From assembly GCF_016433145.1 (NCBI RefSeq), contig NC_058131.1, forward strand, positions 696,128,595 to 696,192,594: a stretch of DNA of 64,000 bases, read 5' to 3'. A program made the translations under genes and the position numbers. Shown in pieces: positions 21,746 to 35,115 of this stretch; position 1 is the first letter of the stretch, and each line of letters begins with the position of its first letter. The DNA comes from Gracilinanus agilis (lineage: Eukaryota). The notes beneath the pieces are model-generated. The model was not told where the DNA came from. It made no database searches and worked only from the letters and a program-made list of their open reading frames with translations.

Positions 21746-24159
21746 TGCATAGGAGATAATAGGATGTCAGAGATGGAGTAGTTCAATCTCCTTATTTAAC
21801 AGGAAATGAACTAAAGGCTAGAGATGGGAAGTGACTTGCTCAAGGTCTCTTGAGAATAAAGAGTAGACTTGATGCTTTCAATCCAAATCCAGCATTTTTT
21901 CCACTGAACCAGTAAAATATGAGAACAGAGGAGCAGATATTATCTTCACCCTCACGTGCTAAGCAATCGGGCTCCCCCAGGATCTTATCTGCAGAGTATA
22001 GGAATACCAGCTTTCCATTCCCCACCTGGGCAACCTTGGGCAAGTGGATTCCATTTTGTGGGTCTCTGGGTCCAGTCTGCCAAAAATGAGGGTGGTCGGA
22101 GAGAAAATCCCTTAAGAGGTTGTCCCTTCTCACTCTAAATCTAGGATCCTCCAAATGGCACCATGAAGGGGTTCTGCTAGATGACCTCTTTGGCTTGCCT
22201 CATGCAAAGCCTCTTATCCTTTGTTCACTGATTAGCTTTCTAAGCCTTCCCTTCCCAATGAAGTGTCTTTGAGAGGGTGACGGACCACCCTGACTCTTGG
22301 CTGTGGGTGTGTCCTAGAAGTCAGTCTTAGGAAATTGCCTGGCCTAGAGGGCCAGTGGCATCTCTGGTGGGTTTCCCAAGCTTCTCGTCAGACCAACTGG
22401 TGGAGCAGTCCTGCTAGTGCAGCTTCTCCTTTCTCCTACACTGCCCCTGTCAGGAGACACGAGTTCTTGGATCCTAAATGTCAGAGCAAGGCTGTCGGGG
22501 ATAAGCCTATTTAGTCGTGAGTATTTTCTGTTTGGCCTTTGAAGAATGCCCTAGTGAGGTAAGGAGAGAAGGGAGAGAAGTAAGCAGTTCTTAAAGGCAT
22601 CTGTATACTATAGAGGGAGCCAGAGTCAGGAGTCTTGGGTTCAAATTCCATTTCTGCTGCTGCTCAACCTTGAGAAACTTAAGCACATGACCTTTGGGAC
22701 TCCCTACCTTCCTTGGTAAATGGAGGGGGTTGGATGGGATCATCTCCAAGTATCCTCCCTGTGCCATACAATTTTAATTTCCTTCTTTTTCTGGAAATGG
22801 AAAAGAGAAAGTCTTTTCATTTTTTTCATTCTCTAAACCAGAGAATTCCTTGTCCCCATTCATGGCTTACTATTATAATCACCAGGGGAAGAAGTCAGAA
22901 ATTTGATTTAATGGGAAAAAGCCTCCTAACTTAATAATAGAAAAAATTGCATTTCTGTTAATATCTGGTTGGAACCTGTTGTGAGTGTATGCAAATATCT
23001 CTGGAAATATTAATATATACCGCCAGCTTCAGCTAATTAAGCCAGTGGTTTGAGGAGGAGCCTCCTCATGGTAATTTAATCACTGTTCGGTTTTCATAGA
23101 TAATTGTAGTATTTGTCATTAAGTTCTATCTGATTTTTTGATAAATAAGAAATTCAATCTGACACTGTACGTTCTGGGTTAAATATTGCATCTTGCTCAT
23201 TGTGTAAAGAGCCCTGATTTATCGTCACAGCTGGGGACTTATTCTCTTCTAGGAACGCTGTCGGTTTTGGCTCTAAAATCAGCATCAATCTTCTGTTCTC
23301 CCCTCATCATCGGCACTTCCTGTTTGACCTTCAGATTGTCTCTTTCCCCGTTTCTAGAATTCGGTTAATCCTGGTCCTGCCCAATGCCCAGTGCTTGAGC
23401 CCTATATCTCATGTCCTCTTGGGCTCTTCCCGTTAGCATTCTGCATCCTAAGTCCTGGATGCTTGCATGCGTTCATCATGCCTGGCATTCTGGATCTGCC
23501 CGGAACCTTGCCAGCTGTGACTTTTTCCCTGTTCTCTGGCTTCAGAGACACAGCCTGGTAAAGGTAGGCTCCTGGTCCCAAGCCAGAGACAAAAAGTGGT
23601 AGGACGGAAGCTTCCCGAGGCCAGGGATGACTTCCTTCTGCTGTCTGTTGTGGCTCTGGGTGTACGTTCACCCCCTAGTGCCTAGCACAATGACTGGAAC
23701 GCATTGGCTTACTGAGCAACTGAGTCTGGTCTTTGAATGCTGAGTGATTGGTCCACGGTAGTTGCTTAATCAGTGTTTGCTAAATCCACCTGGCCTCCGA
23801 GAGCAGTGGTGTGGGTCTAACGCTCTCCTTTGTAGGATCCCCTCCAAGAACAAGCACAAACATTTCTTGAGAACTTTTAGACTTACAAAACTGCTTTATA
23901 TACATGATAGCATCTCTGCCTCCTGAGCCATAGATGATGGGAGTCCAAACGTCATTATCATAATTTTACAGACGGTCCAGTGAGGGCATTGAATATAAGA
24001 CCCTCATTCTAGAGATGAAGGAAATGAGACTTCAGTAAGTTAAGAGACTTTTTAAGGGCCACATAGCTACTGTTGGGTAGGATTTGAACTCAAGTCTTTC
24101 TGACTATCAAGTCCTGCACTCTATTTACTATTCTAGACGACCTGACAGATATTTGTGTA

Positions 24160-24345
24160 GAGATTTATGGGTATAGTGTATGGAAAGAATGGTGAATTAG
24201 GAGTACCAGGACATGGGCTTAAATCCTGGCTCTCTCTTAAAGCCTGCATAATCTTGGCAAGTCACCTGCTCTCTTCAGGCCTCAGTTTCTTGATCTGTAA
24301 AAGAGGGTGTTGGACTTGATGACCTCTAAGGCAACTTCCATTTCT
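24160..24345 (+). mobile_element. MIR fragment
   Basis: 'ggcaagtcacc...ggcctcagtttcttgatctgtaaaagagg...ttggacttgatgacctctaagg'. Confidence 0.75.
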
Positions 24346-25756
24346 AGGTCTCGTTGTTCAGCCTTTGGTTTTGAAGAGGACCAAGGACATTGTGGGGTGA
24401 GGTCTAGTTTTGTGAGTGAGTCCAAACAGATCTGCCCCATCATCAGCCTTGCTCTCTTTCCCAGAATCACTGAAGTCCAGTGGCAGAACAAAAGTCAGGG
24501 TGAATCGTGATGGTCCAGGATGTGGTGGATGACCTTGGCGTCTCCCAGGTCTGACCAAGCTCTAGGCACTGCACAGCACTTGCTTTGGCCGTCTTCCTGG
24601 ACATTGAAATGAATTGGTCTCATCCACTCACTCCACTGGGGAAGTCTTCACATGCTTGGGGGAGACCTCACTCACTCACCAACAAGCTTGAGGCCAACCT
24701 GTTTGCTTCAACCTGGTTTAGCCCATCTGCAGAGATGCTTTTACTGGGGTGTAGTCACTGTGTATGCTATAGCCTCTTGGAGCCATAGGTAGGAGGTGAG
24801 TGACAAAGGATGAGCAGCCCTGAAAAGGGTACAGCAAGCCCCCCATTACCGGTGCTGGTCAGTCTTCCGTGAACAAGGCTCAGTGGAAGCAATGCTCCCC
24901 AAAAGCATGCCCATCCCTCTTTGGGACCACTCTGGTCACTGAAAACTCAAGTTCAAAGTCTTGGTGATTTTCTAGCCTCCTTTCAGGCCAGTCTAGTAGA
25001 GGGCAGAACAAAGTGAGGAGAGGAGGATGCTATATTTGAGAAGATTCCACAAGCCAAACTATGAGGGATTGTTAGAAATTCATATTTAGTTACTAAAGGA
25101 TGTAGCATTTGGAAAACCTGATTCAGAAACTCAGCTTCAGCAGGGAGTCCTTGTTTGCCTGTAAAACTTGCCCTTGAGTATTGTAACAATAAAAAGACCA
25201 GTCCTGGATGTTTGATAGAAGGGAGAGAGAGAGAGTCTGTGTGGTGACTCCCTCCTCCAGCACTCCCCTGGGGCTGAATATAAACTGGGAGACTTTAAGG
25301 GAGTGTCATCCCGAAACTGGGTGACCTGGATGGTCCTGCCACCCCTCAGGGGTCAGAGGCGAGGCTTCTCTATAAGAGGAGATATGTGGTACCCCAATAC
25401 GATTCTGAATAAGGATGAGGTTCACACAAACCTCCCTCCAGTCAGTAAAATTCACAGCAGGTGGTCTGGCTTCAAGATGGAGGCAGCCAGACCAAGCTGT
25501 GGTTCCCCTCTCCCTTGTTGTCTCTCAGGCATACTGGAACACTATCTGACTTTTGAGTGGCTTTTTATTATTTGCAAATCAGGTATTGGGGAAAGGGGTG
25601 AAGGGCAGAGGGATTTTGGGGTGCCCTCTTTGCTATTCCTATGGGGTCCATCACTTAGGTGGAAAACCCAATGGTTCCCACTTCTAAGCTTCTCCCCTGC
25701 CCCTTCTCCTTCTGTTTTTCTATTTCTATTTTTCTATTTCCATCCCTTTCTATAAT

Positions 25757-26170
25757 TGTAAGGTTTGAAAGGTTTGACTGAAAAAGAGTCTCTCAGCAAG
25801 GTTGGGTAATGGAAGAAGGAGACTAAGAGATCGCTCCCAAAATGGAGTCCAAAATTAGCTGACTCAATGGTTGAAGTCTTCATGGGTGAGATGCGATGGG
25901 ATGGCTTTGATCAGGGAATTAGGGTTTCAATTTCCAAAAGAAAGATTCTCAGGAAGCCCTCAGGACTGGATTTGAACTGGGTTGTCCTCCTCCTCCCTTT
26001 TCCCAGTCCTCCACCCGAAGACCTCTTCTCCTTCTCCGAGAGATTCCTAGAATTCTCTCTCTCATCTCAACTGTCAGCAACTGTCAGCTACTGCCTTCTC
26101 TGGCTCCTTTGGTCCCATCCCCCTTTCACAAATCCCATCCTTATAGTATGGCCACCTTCAGTGCAGGGTT
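25757..26170 (-). mobile_element. Possible solo LTR
   Basis: Starts tgtaag and ends ttaca, with an LTR-like internal composition. No TSD found. Confidence 0.3.
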
Positions 26171-27139
26171 ACATTAGAAACAGAGAAGAGTTCTATTTCT
26201 GCAAATCTCCATCTCAATCATACACTGTTCCTGGCTTGACTTAATAGCTGGTTGTTGAATGAATCACCCAGGGAGACCTTTTCCTACTCTTATGTGCTTG
26301 GAGTTTTGGCATCTTGCCCTGCCCATAATGGATGCTTTGCAGGGTTTTTCAGATTGAATTAGGTCAGGTGGCCATGACCCTCAGTCATCCTATCACCACT
26401 ATTGATGGCAGGGTCTATTAGTTCACTTCCTTAGTTGGGTTGGGAAGCTATTTTATAGCCATGTGGAAAGACCACTGAGTCTGGACCCAGAGGGATTGGG
26501 TTTCAGCCCTTTCTCTGTGTTGGTTTCCTCTATGTCTGAGGGAATGTCTGTTCCTAACTTATGAACGAGTTTCCTTATTTGGCCTCTGAGGTCTCAGCCA
26601 GCCCTGAGTGACTGGGAGGATGGATGGAGTATCCTCAACAAGAAAAGGCCAGGGAGAATCCTTTCTGTGTGGAGATGTTGGCTATGAGATGCCTGTGGTA
26701 TACTTGTGGGCATGAACAGATCAAAGTGTCCCAGGAGATTGTGACACCTTCTATACTACCTGGCTGACCCTCGAAGTGGGGGATGAAATGTTGCCCCAGG
26801 AGTAGAAGACAGAGTTCAGATCATCCTCTATGGAGAGAGAAAGATGGGAAGGAGAATGCCCACAGCAAAAACACTGATAAACTAATTCTTAGCATTTCCA
26901 ATAGATTTCACCATTTACAACGTGTCTTACCTATGCTGTTCTCACCACTGTCCTGCAGGGTGGGTCTAAATTATTACCACCATTTCCCAGATATCATCAC
27001 TGAGACTTCTGAAAGGATTGATTTACCCAAGGTCACATCAGTGGCAGAGCTGGGGGTTGAATTCAGTGTATGCCTTTCCACTCAAAATCCAGTGCCCTGA
27101 CCACCTGCCTGAGGTAAAGGTAGCCTGTATCTGGCTACC

Positions 27140-27480
27140 GAACTGATATTCCCAAAGCACAAGTCTGACCTGCCAACTCTACTGCTCAAGGAGCTTTAGT
27201 GACTCTCCATTCCTCTTAACATAATTTCCAGAATCTTCTGTTTGACATTTAAAGATCTTCAACATCTGGCTCCATACTTATATATTCTGTGCTCACTCCA
27301 TCCAAATGGGCCTAATTGCTTTTTTCTAGACATATAAAGCCCCTTCCCATTTCCATGCCTTTGCATAGGTTTTCCCAAAGCCTAGAATGCTATTTTTTTT
27401 TCATCTTGTCAGGCTCAACTCAAAGGTCACATCTTATGAAGACTTCCTGATTGCCCCAGTTGGCACAATCTTCAAATCAC
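27140..27480 (+). mobile_element. L2 fragment
   Basis: 'ttcccaaagcacaagtctgacc', 'atttaaagatcttcaacatctggctcc' and 'ccatgcctttgcatagg'. Confidence 0.7.
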
Positions 27481-27489
27481 TATTCTTGC

Positions 27490-27625
27490 TCCCTCTCTCC
27501 CTCCCTCCCTCCCTCCTCTGTCTCTCTGTCTCTGTCTAAGTCTATCTCTGTCTCTCTCCTTGTTTCTATATAACTGTCTCTGTTTTCCTTCTCTTTCTCT
27601 GTCTCCTGTATGTTCTTTGTCTTTT
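27490..27625. repeat. CT-rich low-complexity tract
   Basis: (CCCT)n/(CT)n directly visible, merging into the L1 poly-T tail. Confidence 0.85.
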
Positions 27626-29585
27626 TTTTTCTTTTCATAGTTACATGATTCATGATTTCTTACTTTCCCTCTTCCCTCCCCCCTCCTGGAGCCGATGAGC
27701 AATTCCACTGGGTTATACATGTATCATTATTCAAAATCTATTTAGATATTATTAATATTTGCAATAGAGAGATCTTTTAACACCAAAACCCCAATCCTAT
27801 CCCCATCAACCCACATGATTGATCATATATTTTTCTTCTGCATTTCTGCTCCCACAGTTCTTCCTCTGGAGGTGAATAGTGTTCTTCCTCATTAGTTCCT
27901 CAGGATTGTCCTGGGTCATTGCATTGCTGCTAGAAGCAAAGTCAGTTACATTCGATTGTGCTACAATGTATCCGTCTCTGTGTACGATGTTCTGGTTCTG
28001 CTCCTTTCACTCTGCATCACTTCCTGGAGGTCGTTCCAGTTCACATGGGAATCCTCCAGTTCATTATTCCTTTCAGTACAATAGTATTCCATCACCATCA
28101 GATACCACAATTTGTTCAGCCATTCCCCAATTGATGGATACCTCCTCATTTTCCAATTTTTTGACACCACAAAGAACATAGCTATAAATATTTTTGTACA
28201 AGCCTTTTTCCTCTTTGGGGTACAAATCCAGTGGTGATATGGCTAGGTCAAAGGGCAGGCAGTTTTTTAAAGCCCTTTGGGTATAGTTCCAAATAGCCCT
28301 CCAGAATGGTTGGAGCCATCCACAACTCTACCAGCAGTGCATTAGTATAGAGAGCCAGCTCTCTATATTTTTGGGGGTTCTTAGTGGCATTTTTGTGGCG
28401 TTGGATTGTTAAGACAGGAAAAAGAAAATGAGAACAACCAGACTAGTGGTTAGCCCATGCTGATCTAACCTCTATGGGCTTTGGAGTTTATTTTATACTG
28501 GTTTCAAACAAAGAACACAAAGAAAGAGTCATAGCTGTGAAAGGGTTACAAATCATACACAACCCATTAAAGTCTAAAAAGTAGAGAGATGGGTACAAGG
28601 GCAAGGGCCAAATTCCAACCACCAATTAGTAGGGGTTAATTCTGGGAGCAGAAATATATTTCATAGAGATGTTTACTAATTGAGTGCTGTCTTCCTGATT
28701 TACAGATCTGGACCTGGTCAGATAAAATCTGAACTAGATTGACTGTTTGGCCTTATCTAAATAATATATTTTTTAGGGTTTAGGCTTCTTAATTATCAAG
28801 GAGAGAAATTGTTAACTCAGTAGCTGTTGGTCTGCTAAGGACTTAAAGCTTTCCAATAAGTATATTGAGAAAAAGTGGGGATCTGAAAAGGAGTCAAAAG
28901 AGGAGCCTCAGATTTTTACCTTAGATAGCCCATTCGGTCTGCATCTGACATGCAGTGCAGAAAAAAAAAACAAAAAACAAAACATACACACAGTTTTACT
29001 TGCCGATGATTTTGTAATGTGATCCAGATAAAACATCTATTACAGACTATTTCTCTAAATGACTCCCAATAGCCTCTTGGAGGGGTCAAGTTGTTTTTGG
29101 ATTAACCTACCTGCTGGTACCAGAGCTTTTCAGGGCTCACTCAGGTGACCAGGACCAAACACAAAGACTGCCTCAGCCTGGATTGGTCATGTAGGGAATC
29201 CAGATAGCAGGCCCTATCCTGACCCTATTTCTCCAATTGGCTCTCAACACATTAGTGTCCCAATTTTGCCTCATCCCCTCCAACATTTATCACTTTCCTT
29301 TGCTGTCATATTGGCCAATCTGATAGGTGTGAGGTGGTACTTAAGAGTTGTTTTAATTTGCATTTCTCTAATCAGGAGGGATTTAGAACACTTTTTCATA
29401 TGCTTATTGATTGTTTTGATTTCATCCTGTGAAAACTACCTATTTATGTCCCTTGACCATTTGTCAATTGGGGGATAGTTTGATTTTTTTGTGAATTTGA
29501 CTCAGTCCCTTATATATTTGGGAAACTAAACCTTTGTCAGAGAGTTTTGTTATAAAAATGCTCTCGCAGTTTGTTGCATCCTGTA
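27610..29585 (-). mobile_element. LINE-1 3' fragment split by an LTR insertion (L1 parts about 27610-28345 and 29250-29585)
   Basis: ORF 27961-28179 (FFVVSKNWKMRRYPSIGEWLNKLWY) is the L1 ORF2 C-terminus. The L1 sequence tgcattag|tgtcccaatt resumes after the insert. Confidence 0.95.
28346..29249 (-). mobile_element. Solo ERV LTR (904 bp) with 6-bp TSD
   Basis: TSD CATTAG at 28340-28345 and 29250-29255. Imperfect inverted termini tatagagagcc / ggctctcaaca. Minus-strand AATAAA at 28487-28492. Confidence 0.8.
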
Positions 29586-31087
29586 TGTACTTTGGACCTT
29601 CTTGAAGCCAGTCTCTCATTGTTATCCTTCCAACCCCATTTCTGAAAATTGAAATATTTGCCTTTCATTTCTGAGGTGTTTGCCTGGTTTTCTCTAATCT
29701 TTCAAGTATTACTGACAGTGGCTCAGTAATCACATCAAGCAGCCGATCCATCAATCAGTAACCATTTATTAATATTTGCTATGTGCTTGGCATTATTCTT
29801 GGTGTGGGGACACAGAGACAAAAGGAAGCCATGTGTCATCTGCAAAGAGTTTACTTTCATCCTCTTTCTACTCCAGGTTTTCCACTACCAAGAATGCAGT
29901 TCGTCTGGCCCTGGCGACTTGGTCTCATGAAGGGCTGATAGGGACTATTTTCCCATCTGATTATCACCTTGCCTTAATTCAGCCCTTATTGCTTTTGGCC
30001 GTTCCAGTATACAGGTACTGGAAAAAAGACTTTTGGACAGATCAGAAGCTGAGTCAGAGTTGATGAGTTTTTCTTTTTCTTCATTTTTAGCTAGCACTGT
30101 CCCCTTGACTATCAACCCAAAGTCCTTTTCTTCCTCTTTCCACCAATCTGGTAAAGACAAACAAATCCCCTGTTTGTTAGTCCTCTCTTCACTTGCCCAT
30201 TTCTGATCATTCTACTCTGTAGGTCTCATGACCTTCATTGTGTCTTCAGTGTTGGCTCCTGGTGTTCTATTCATCCTCTGTTACCCCAAAGAAGAAAGAT
30301 CTCTTCAAAAGCTGGACAAGAACCACCCCCAGGATTCCTGCCAGGATTGGGACAAGATTCAGACTTTCACAAACAACAGTACCAAGCTTCATGTCTCTTG
30401 GAAATATTACCCAGTATCACTCACTCACTCAACATTTAGTAAATGCCTCCTCAGAAATAAGCCAGTTGTGGAGAGAGGGGAGGGCCACTTTTAGCTATGG
30501 CCCCAGATGACTACTTACTTTCTTGGCATTACAAACCTGTTTTTATTGAGCTATTATCACATGGGATGTTCTCAAAACAATGACTCTAAGGGGCCATTAC
30601 TCTCTATGTGACCTTGAGCACGACTCAATCCCTGTGCATCTCAAGTATCATCATTTAGGAAATGAAGAACTCAGGGCTCCACCCGACCTTACTACGGTGC
30701 GTACCCTAACCCTAAATTCGTAGATGTATCAGTGGATGGCAGAGACCAGGCCCCTGTCAGATTCGGGCAGAGATAATTGATTTTGTGGTTCAATGTACCT
30801 TTCTCACAAAAACTCTGAAAGCCAAGATGTGTAAATATTCTCATCTCTCCTTTACAAATGGAGAAACAGGCATCCAGAGAGGCAAAGACCTCCTTCCCTG
30901 GGCTCCATATTTCCTCTTTAAAGGAAATGCCATCATTATCCACCAATATTTATGAGGCAGCAGCGAGGGACTCCTCTTGCTTACCTATTGTACATACTAG
31001 GCTGACAGTAGGGCCATTGGTGTGCAGTTACACCTTGACTGAACCTCAGGGGCTCTCTGGGCCAGACTCACTGTCATGATCCAAATA

Positions 31088-31222
31088 TTTTTTTTAATAG
31101 GCAATTGGGATTAAGTGACTTGCCCAGGGTCACACAGCTGGGAAGTGACTGAGGCCAGATTTAAACCCAGGACCTCCTGACTATGGGCCTGACTCTCCAT
31201 CCACTGAGCCATCCAGCTGCCC
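31088..31222 (-). mobile_element. SINE1_Mdo-type SINE, short form
   Basis: 'ggcaattgggattaagtgacttgcccagggtcacacagctgg...ccatccagctgccc'. Confidence 0.85.
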
Positions 31223-32729
31223 GCATGACCCAAATATTATGAATGAAAAATATAAACCATTGAGATGATCTGGTTGGCAAATAAACACGTGAGAGAGGAA
31301 TAATGAGATTGTCTTGTCCTCTTCAATAATTACTTTTAAGTCTCTGGAAGTAAAGAGTGTTACAAATGGTTTTACTATTCATTCCTCCAAGGGATTCAAA
31401 TAGGAAAATTCTGGGCTTTCCTCCAGAGGATGAATTTACCTGTTCTCAATGCCCAGCTTAAATTAAGCTTCTGAGAGATGCGTCCCAGGAAGAAGCACAC
31501 ATTGGAATGTCAACATTCATGAGAGCGAACATCCTCTGGGCTCCTCAAGGGGTGGTACATGTAATTCTGGAGACAGCTGGGTTTTCCAGGCTGAAACAGA
31601 ACTCTTGCCTCTCATAGCTTGATGAGGCTGGCAAGAAGACTGCTTTTCTATTTCAATGATTCCAATAGAAATCCCAGTAGAGTGGAAGCTCCTTGAAGGC
31701 AGGCACTGTTTCTTTTTTGATCTGTGAATCCATAGTGCCAAGCACAGGGCCTACCACACAGAAGCCACTGAGTAGGTGCTTACTGCAGGAATGAGTGAAC
31801 ATTAAGCACAGGGACACGTTAGCACTTGGACAGATCCCTGCTCTTGCAGGGATGGGCCTCTACCAGGGCAGACAATTGATTATTCTTCTGCACCCTCTTG
31901 CCTCGTACAATTCTGATTTGTTGTCTCTCTTCCTTAAAGTTCTCAATAAAGGCTGGTGGTTCAAAAATGAACGTTTTTGGCCAGGAAATATTTTAGAATC
32001 ACTGAAAACAGTGGAGAAGCCCTCTAATTTTTATCCAGCCAAACTCAATGGCATTCTGAAAGACAGTGTGTTATAGGGACAGACTGGTGGAAATTGAGAC
32101 AGGGAGAATTGTTTTAAATTCCCTCTTCTGACACCAACTGGCAATGTGACTATGGACTACTCAACACCCATGATCTGTAAAATGGAGATTACTGATTAAT
32201 GGAAAGAGGACTCCACTGGAAGTCAGAAAAGCTTGGGTTCCTCAGACCTTACCTCTGACACTTATCTGTGTGACCTTGGGTGAGTCACTTACCATTTCCA
32301 ACTTTCATTTTCTTTATTACAAAAAGATTATACTTGTACTAGATTTACAGTAAAGTCCCTCGCTCTAAATCAGTAGTCCTATCGTCTCAGCATCATGGCT
32401 GCATGATCTTGGGCAAGGCGCTTACCTTTCAGTGATCTGGGAATCGATTAGAAACTCTAAGTTGTAGAACAATTGCTGATTTGCAGTTTGCTCACTAGGA
32501 GTTATCCTTGTCATTGACATCACAGGTTCAGAAAAGAAGAAAAAAAACATGCCAGTGTAGGATTTTCCCAAGGTTGGAAGCATCCAGTGAGGTCACATGT
32601 ATGAAACTTTTTGCAAACTCTGATGAGCTTCAGAAGGAACAATAGTACTTTGGTGGAAGCCCACATACAGATTGGTTAAGATTTTACTAGATGGTCATTT
32701 TCTTTTTTAAAAGGAAACAGTTGGAAAAC

Positions 32730-32852
32730 AGAAAGAAGGAAGAGAGAAAGAGATAGAAAGAAGACAAAGAGAAATGTAGAGAGGCAGAAAAGAAAGAGAA
32801 ATAAGACAAAAAGAGAAAGAGAGAGAGAAAGAGACACAGAGATATAAAGGCA

Positions 32853-32886
<34 letters not shown>
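32730..32886. repeat. Purine-rich (GA) tract plus (CA)n microsatellite
   Basis: Directly visible. Confidence 0.9.
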
Positions 32887-32887
<1 letters not shown>

Positions 32888-34187
32888 GACCAGCACCCAG
32901 GAAGTAAATGAATGCTTGTTGTCTGGCAATTAAAGGAGATAATCTCTCTGGCAGCCCCCCAAAAGAGCTCTGGGCACAGGGAGAGAACATGGACTATGGA
33001 AGGACAGGAAGGAGCATTTTTCACTGTGACCTCCAAAGGTGTAGATGTTAATAATATATGAAAGTAAAAAAAATTCCCCAGTAATTGGGTCATGTCCTTT
33101 GTAGTCCATGTGCTTTGAGGTAGCAGAGGAAATTTCTCAGCCTTTGAGAAATGCAAGGTTCTGGGTAAGCCTTGAACGTCCCAGGAGGGATCTGAAGGAC
33201 CCAGGGTTCTGTCTTACTGCTGCAGGGGGAGACCAGAGACCAGAATGGCTGTCATTTAAAGAAAGAAGAACCTTTCTTTTATGATTAATCTCAGGCAAAT
33301 ACAATTTGAGCATTCTAACTTAGGGCTTTATGTGACTTCCGAGTAATTTTCTCCACAAATATTTTATCATAAGGGAAACTCTGTCCCAAGAACCAGTGGA
33401 GTCACCTGGGAGAAAGCCCACCTTCTCTTCTGTTTTTAGCACGTTCCCTCTTTAACTGATCTTAGTTCTGGTGACCCATCTTTGCTGCTTGACAAAATAG
33501 CTGTTAGTTCTAGAATGTATATTCTATGATTAGTCTCTGTGATCCCAGGTCGTAAAAAGGGTTCTGCCTGAGGGTCCTACTCAAACTCTCTCACTTGCCA
33601 CCTTGATGACTTTGGGTGACAAGTCATATCCATGCGACGTTTTGTAGAATAACCCAATTGGAGAGATGGATGGACCTTGGTGTGCCCACTGAGTACCAAC
33701 TATGACCCCCAGAGCATCACGACTCAGCTAGCAAGTAGTTATCTAGCCTCTGATTCAGGAAGTGCCCTTTATTTCCTGAGGCATCCCCTGACAGTTTTCA
33801 GAATTGCTTTAGGAGGTGTTTTCTGACTTCAAGCCAATATTTACTTCTTTGGAGCTTCTGCCTATTGCTCCTGGCTCAACCTGTTGGACTCAAAAGGGCA
33901 AATTTAAGCACTTCCCTAGGCCAGCTCTTAACATACTAGAATGGCACATCCACCAAAGTCTGCTCTTCACTAGGCTACACATAAACTCACAGGACCAAGA
34001 CTGAATGGCACTTCAATTGAAAGCCAACCAGTTCAATAGCTTTTCTCTAGACATGAGCAAAGTGAATTTTGGCTGGTCATCATGGTGTGTGAGGTGGAAG
34101 TTTAAAGAGATCTTGAAAGTATCAAGGTACACCCTCTTTAACCAGCATTAAAAAACCCAAGAAAAACCATCTTTAAAATGGAATATA

Positions 34188-34190
<3 letters not shown>

Positions 34191-34258
<68 letters not shown>

Positions 34259-34260
34259 AA
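34191..34260. repeat. (TG)n(GA)n compound microsatellite
   Basis: Directly visible. Confidence 0.95.
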
Positions 34261-34949
34261 GATGTAGCCACATCTCACATGGTAGACCAGAGAGAGACTG
34301 AGCCTGATCCGATGTTCCTAAGTTTACAGAGAAACTTCCAACTTATAGGAAAATGCAACAGAGTCACTTTACACATTCAAGCCTTCCTTCAAATCAACAT
34401 TTTAAAGCAATAGTCTAGAGTTGGAGGCAAAGGTTTCAATCCAGAAATAAAGGACAGGAATTTTAAGTTGAATAGTTTTACAGTGGATGCAAAGAGAGGA
34501 GGAGTTCAGGACAGGGTTTTCTGGGAGGGGCTGATCATTCCAGCTATAGGGCTTGACTACCTGGGATACAACGGGAGAAACTTCTAAGACCAGAGGATAC
34601 TTATGATTTGGTCCCAGAGTACTTCAGGATGAGTCTGGGATAGCTCCCTAAGGCAAGTTCCCAAACAGACTCCCAAGACCCAACCCCGAATCCTAAAGCT
34701 GTAAGGCTTTTGTCCTCGAGGGAGAAGAATGGGGGTGGAGTAGAGGTGGATGGGGAGAGGGACTAGCTTTTACTAACTTCCTGGAGATTTTAATAATTAT
34801 TAATAACTTGAGAATAACACATGTCTTTCTCACTCCACACAATGGGAAGCAACAAGGCTGTCTTCTTACCACGATTACCCATCTTAGGCCACCATTTTTT
34901 TCTCCTTCTCACTAGACCTTTGGATTCTGCCCTGATAAGTGAGCTAAGG

Positions 34950-35115
34950 CAAGTGGAAAGAAGGTGGAGAGGAAAGGATAGGAGAAAAGAAAAGGAGAGG
35001 AGAGAGGAAATGAAGGAAGAGGAAGGAAGAAGCAAGCAAGGGAAAGAAGCATTGAGGAGGAAAAGGGAAAGAAGGGAGAGAAGGGGAGAGGAGGAGAGAG
35101 GAAGGAGAGAAGGCT
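34950..35115. repeat. Polypurine low-complexity tract
   Basis: Directly visible. It is followed by an L2 antisense fragment at about 35115-35270. Confidence 0.85.

Noticed and set aside
25303-25755. 150-aa ORF, and similar ORFs at 10762-11313, 12411-12950, 57850-58425 and 62990-63511
   Set aside because: No recognisable domains; they overlap repeats or GC-rich DNA where stops are rare.
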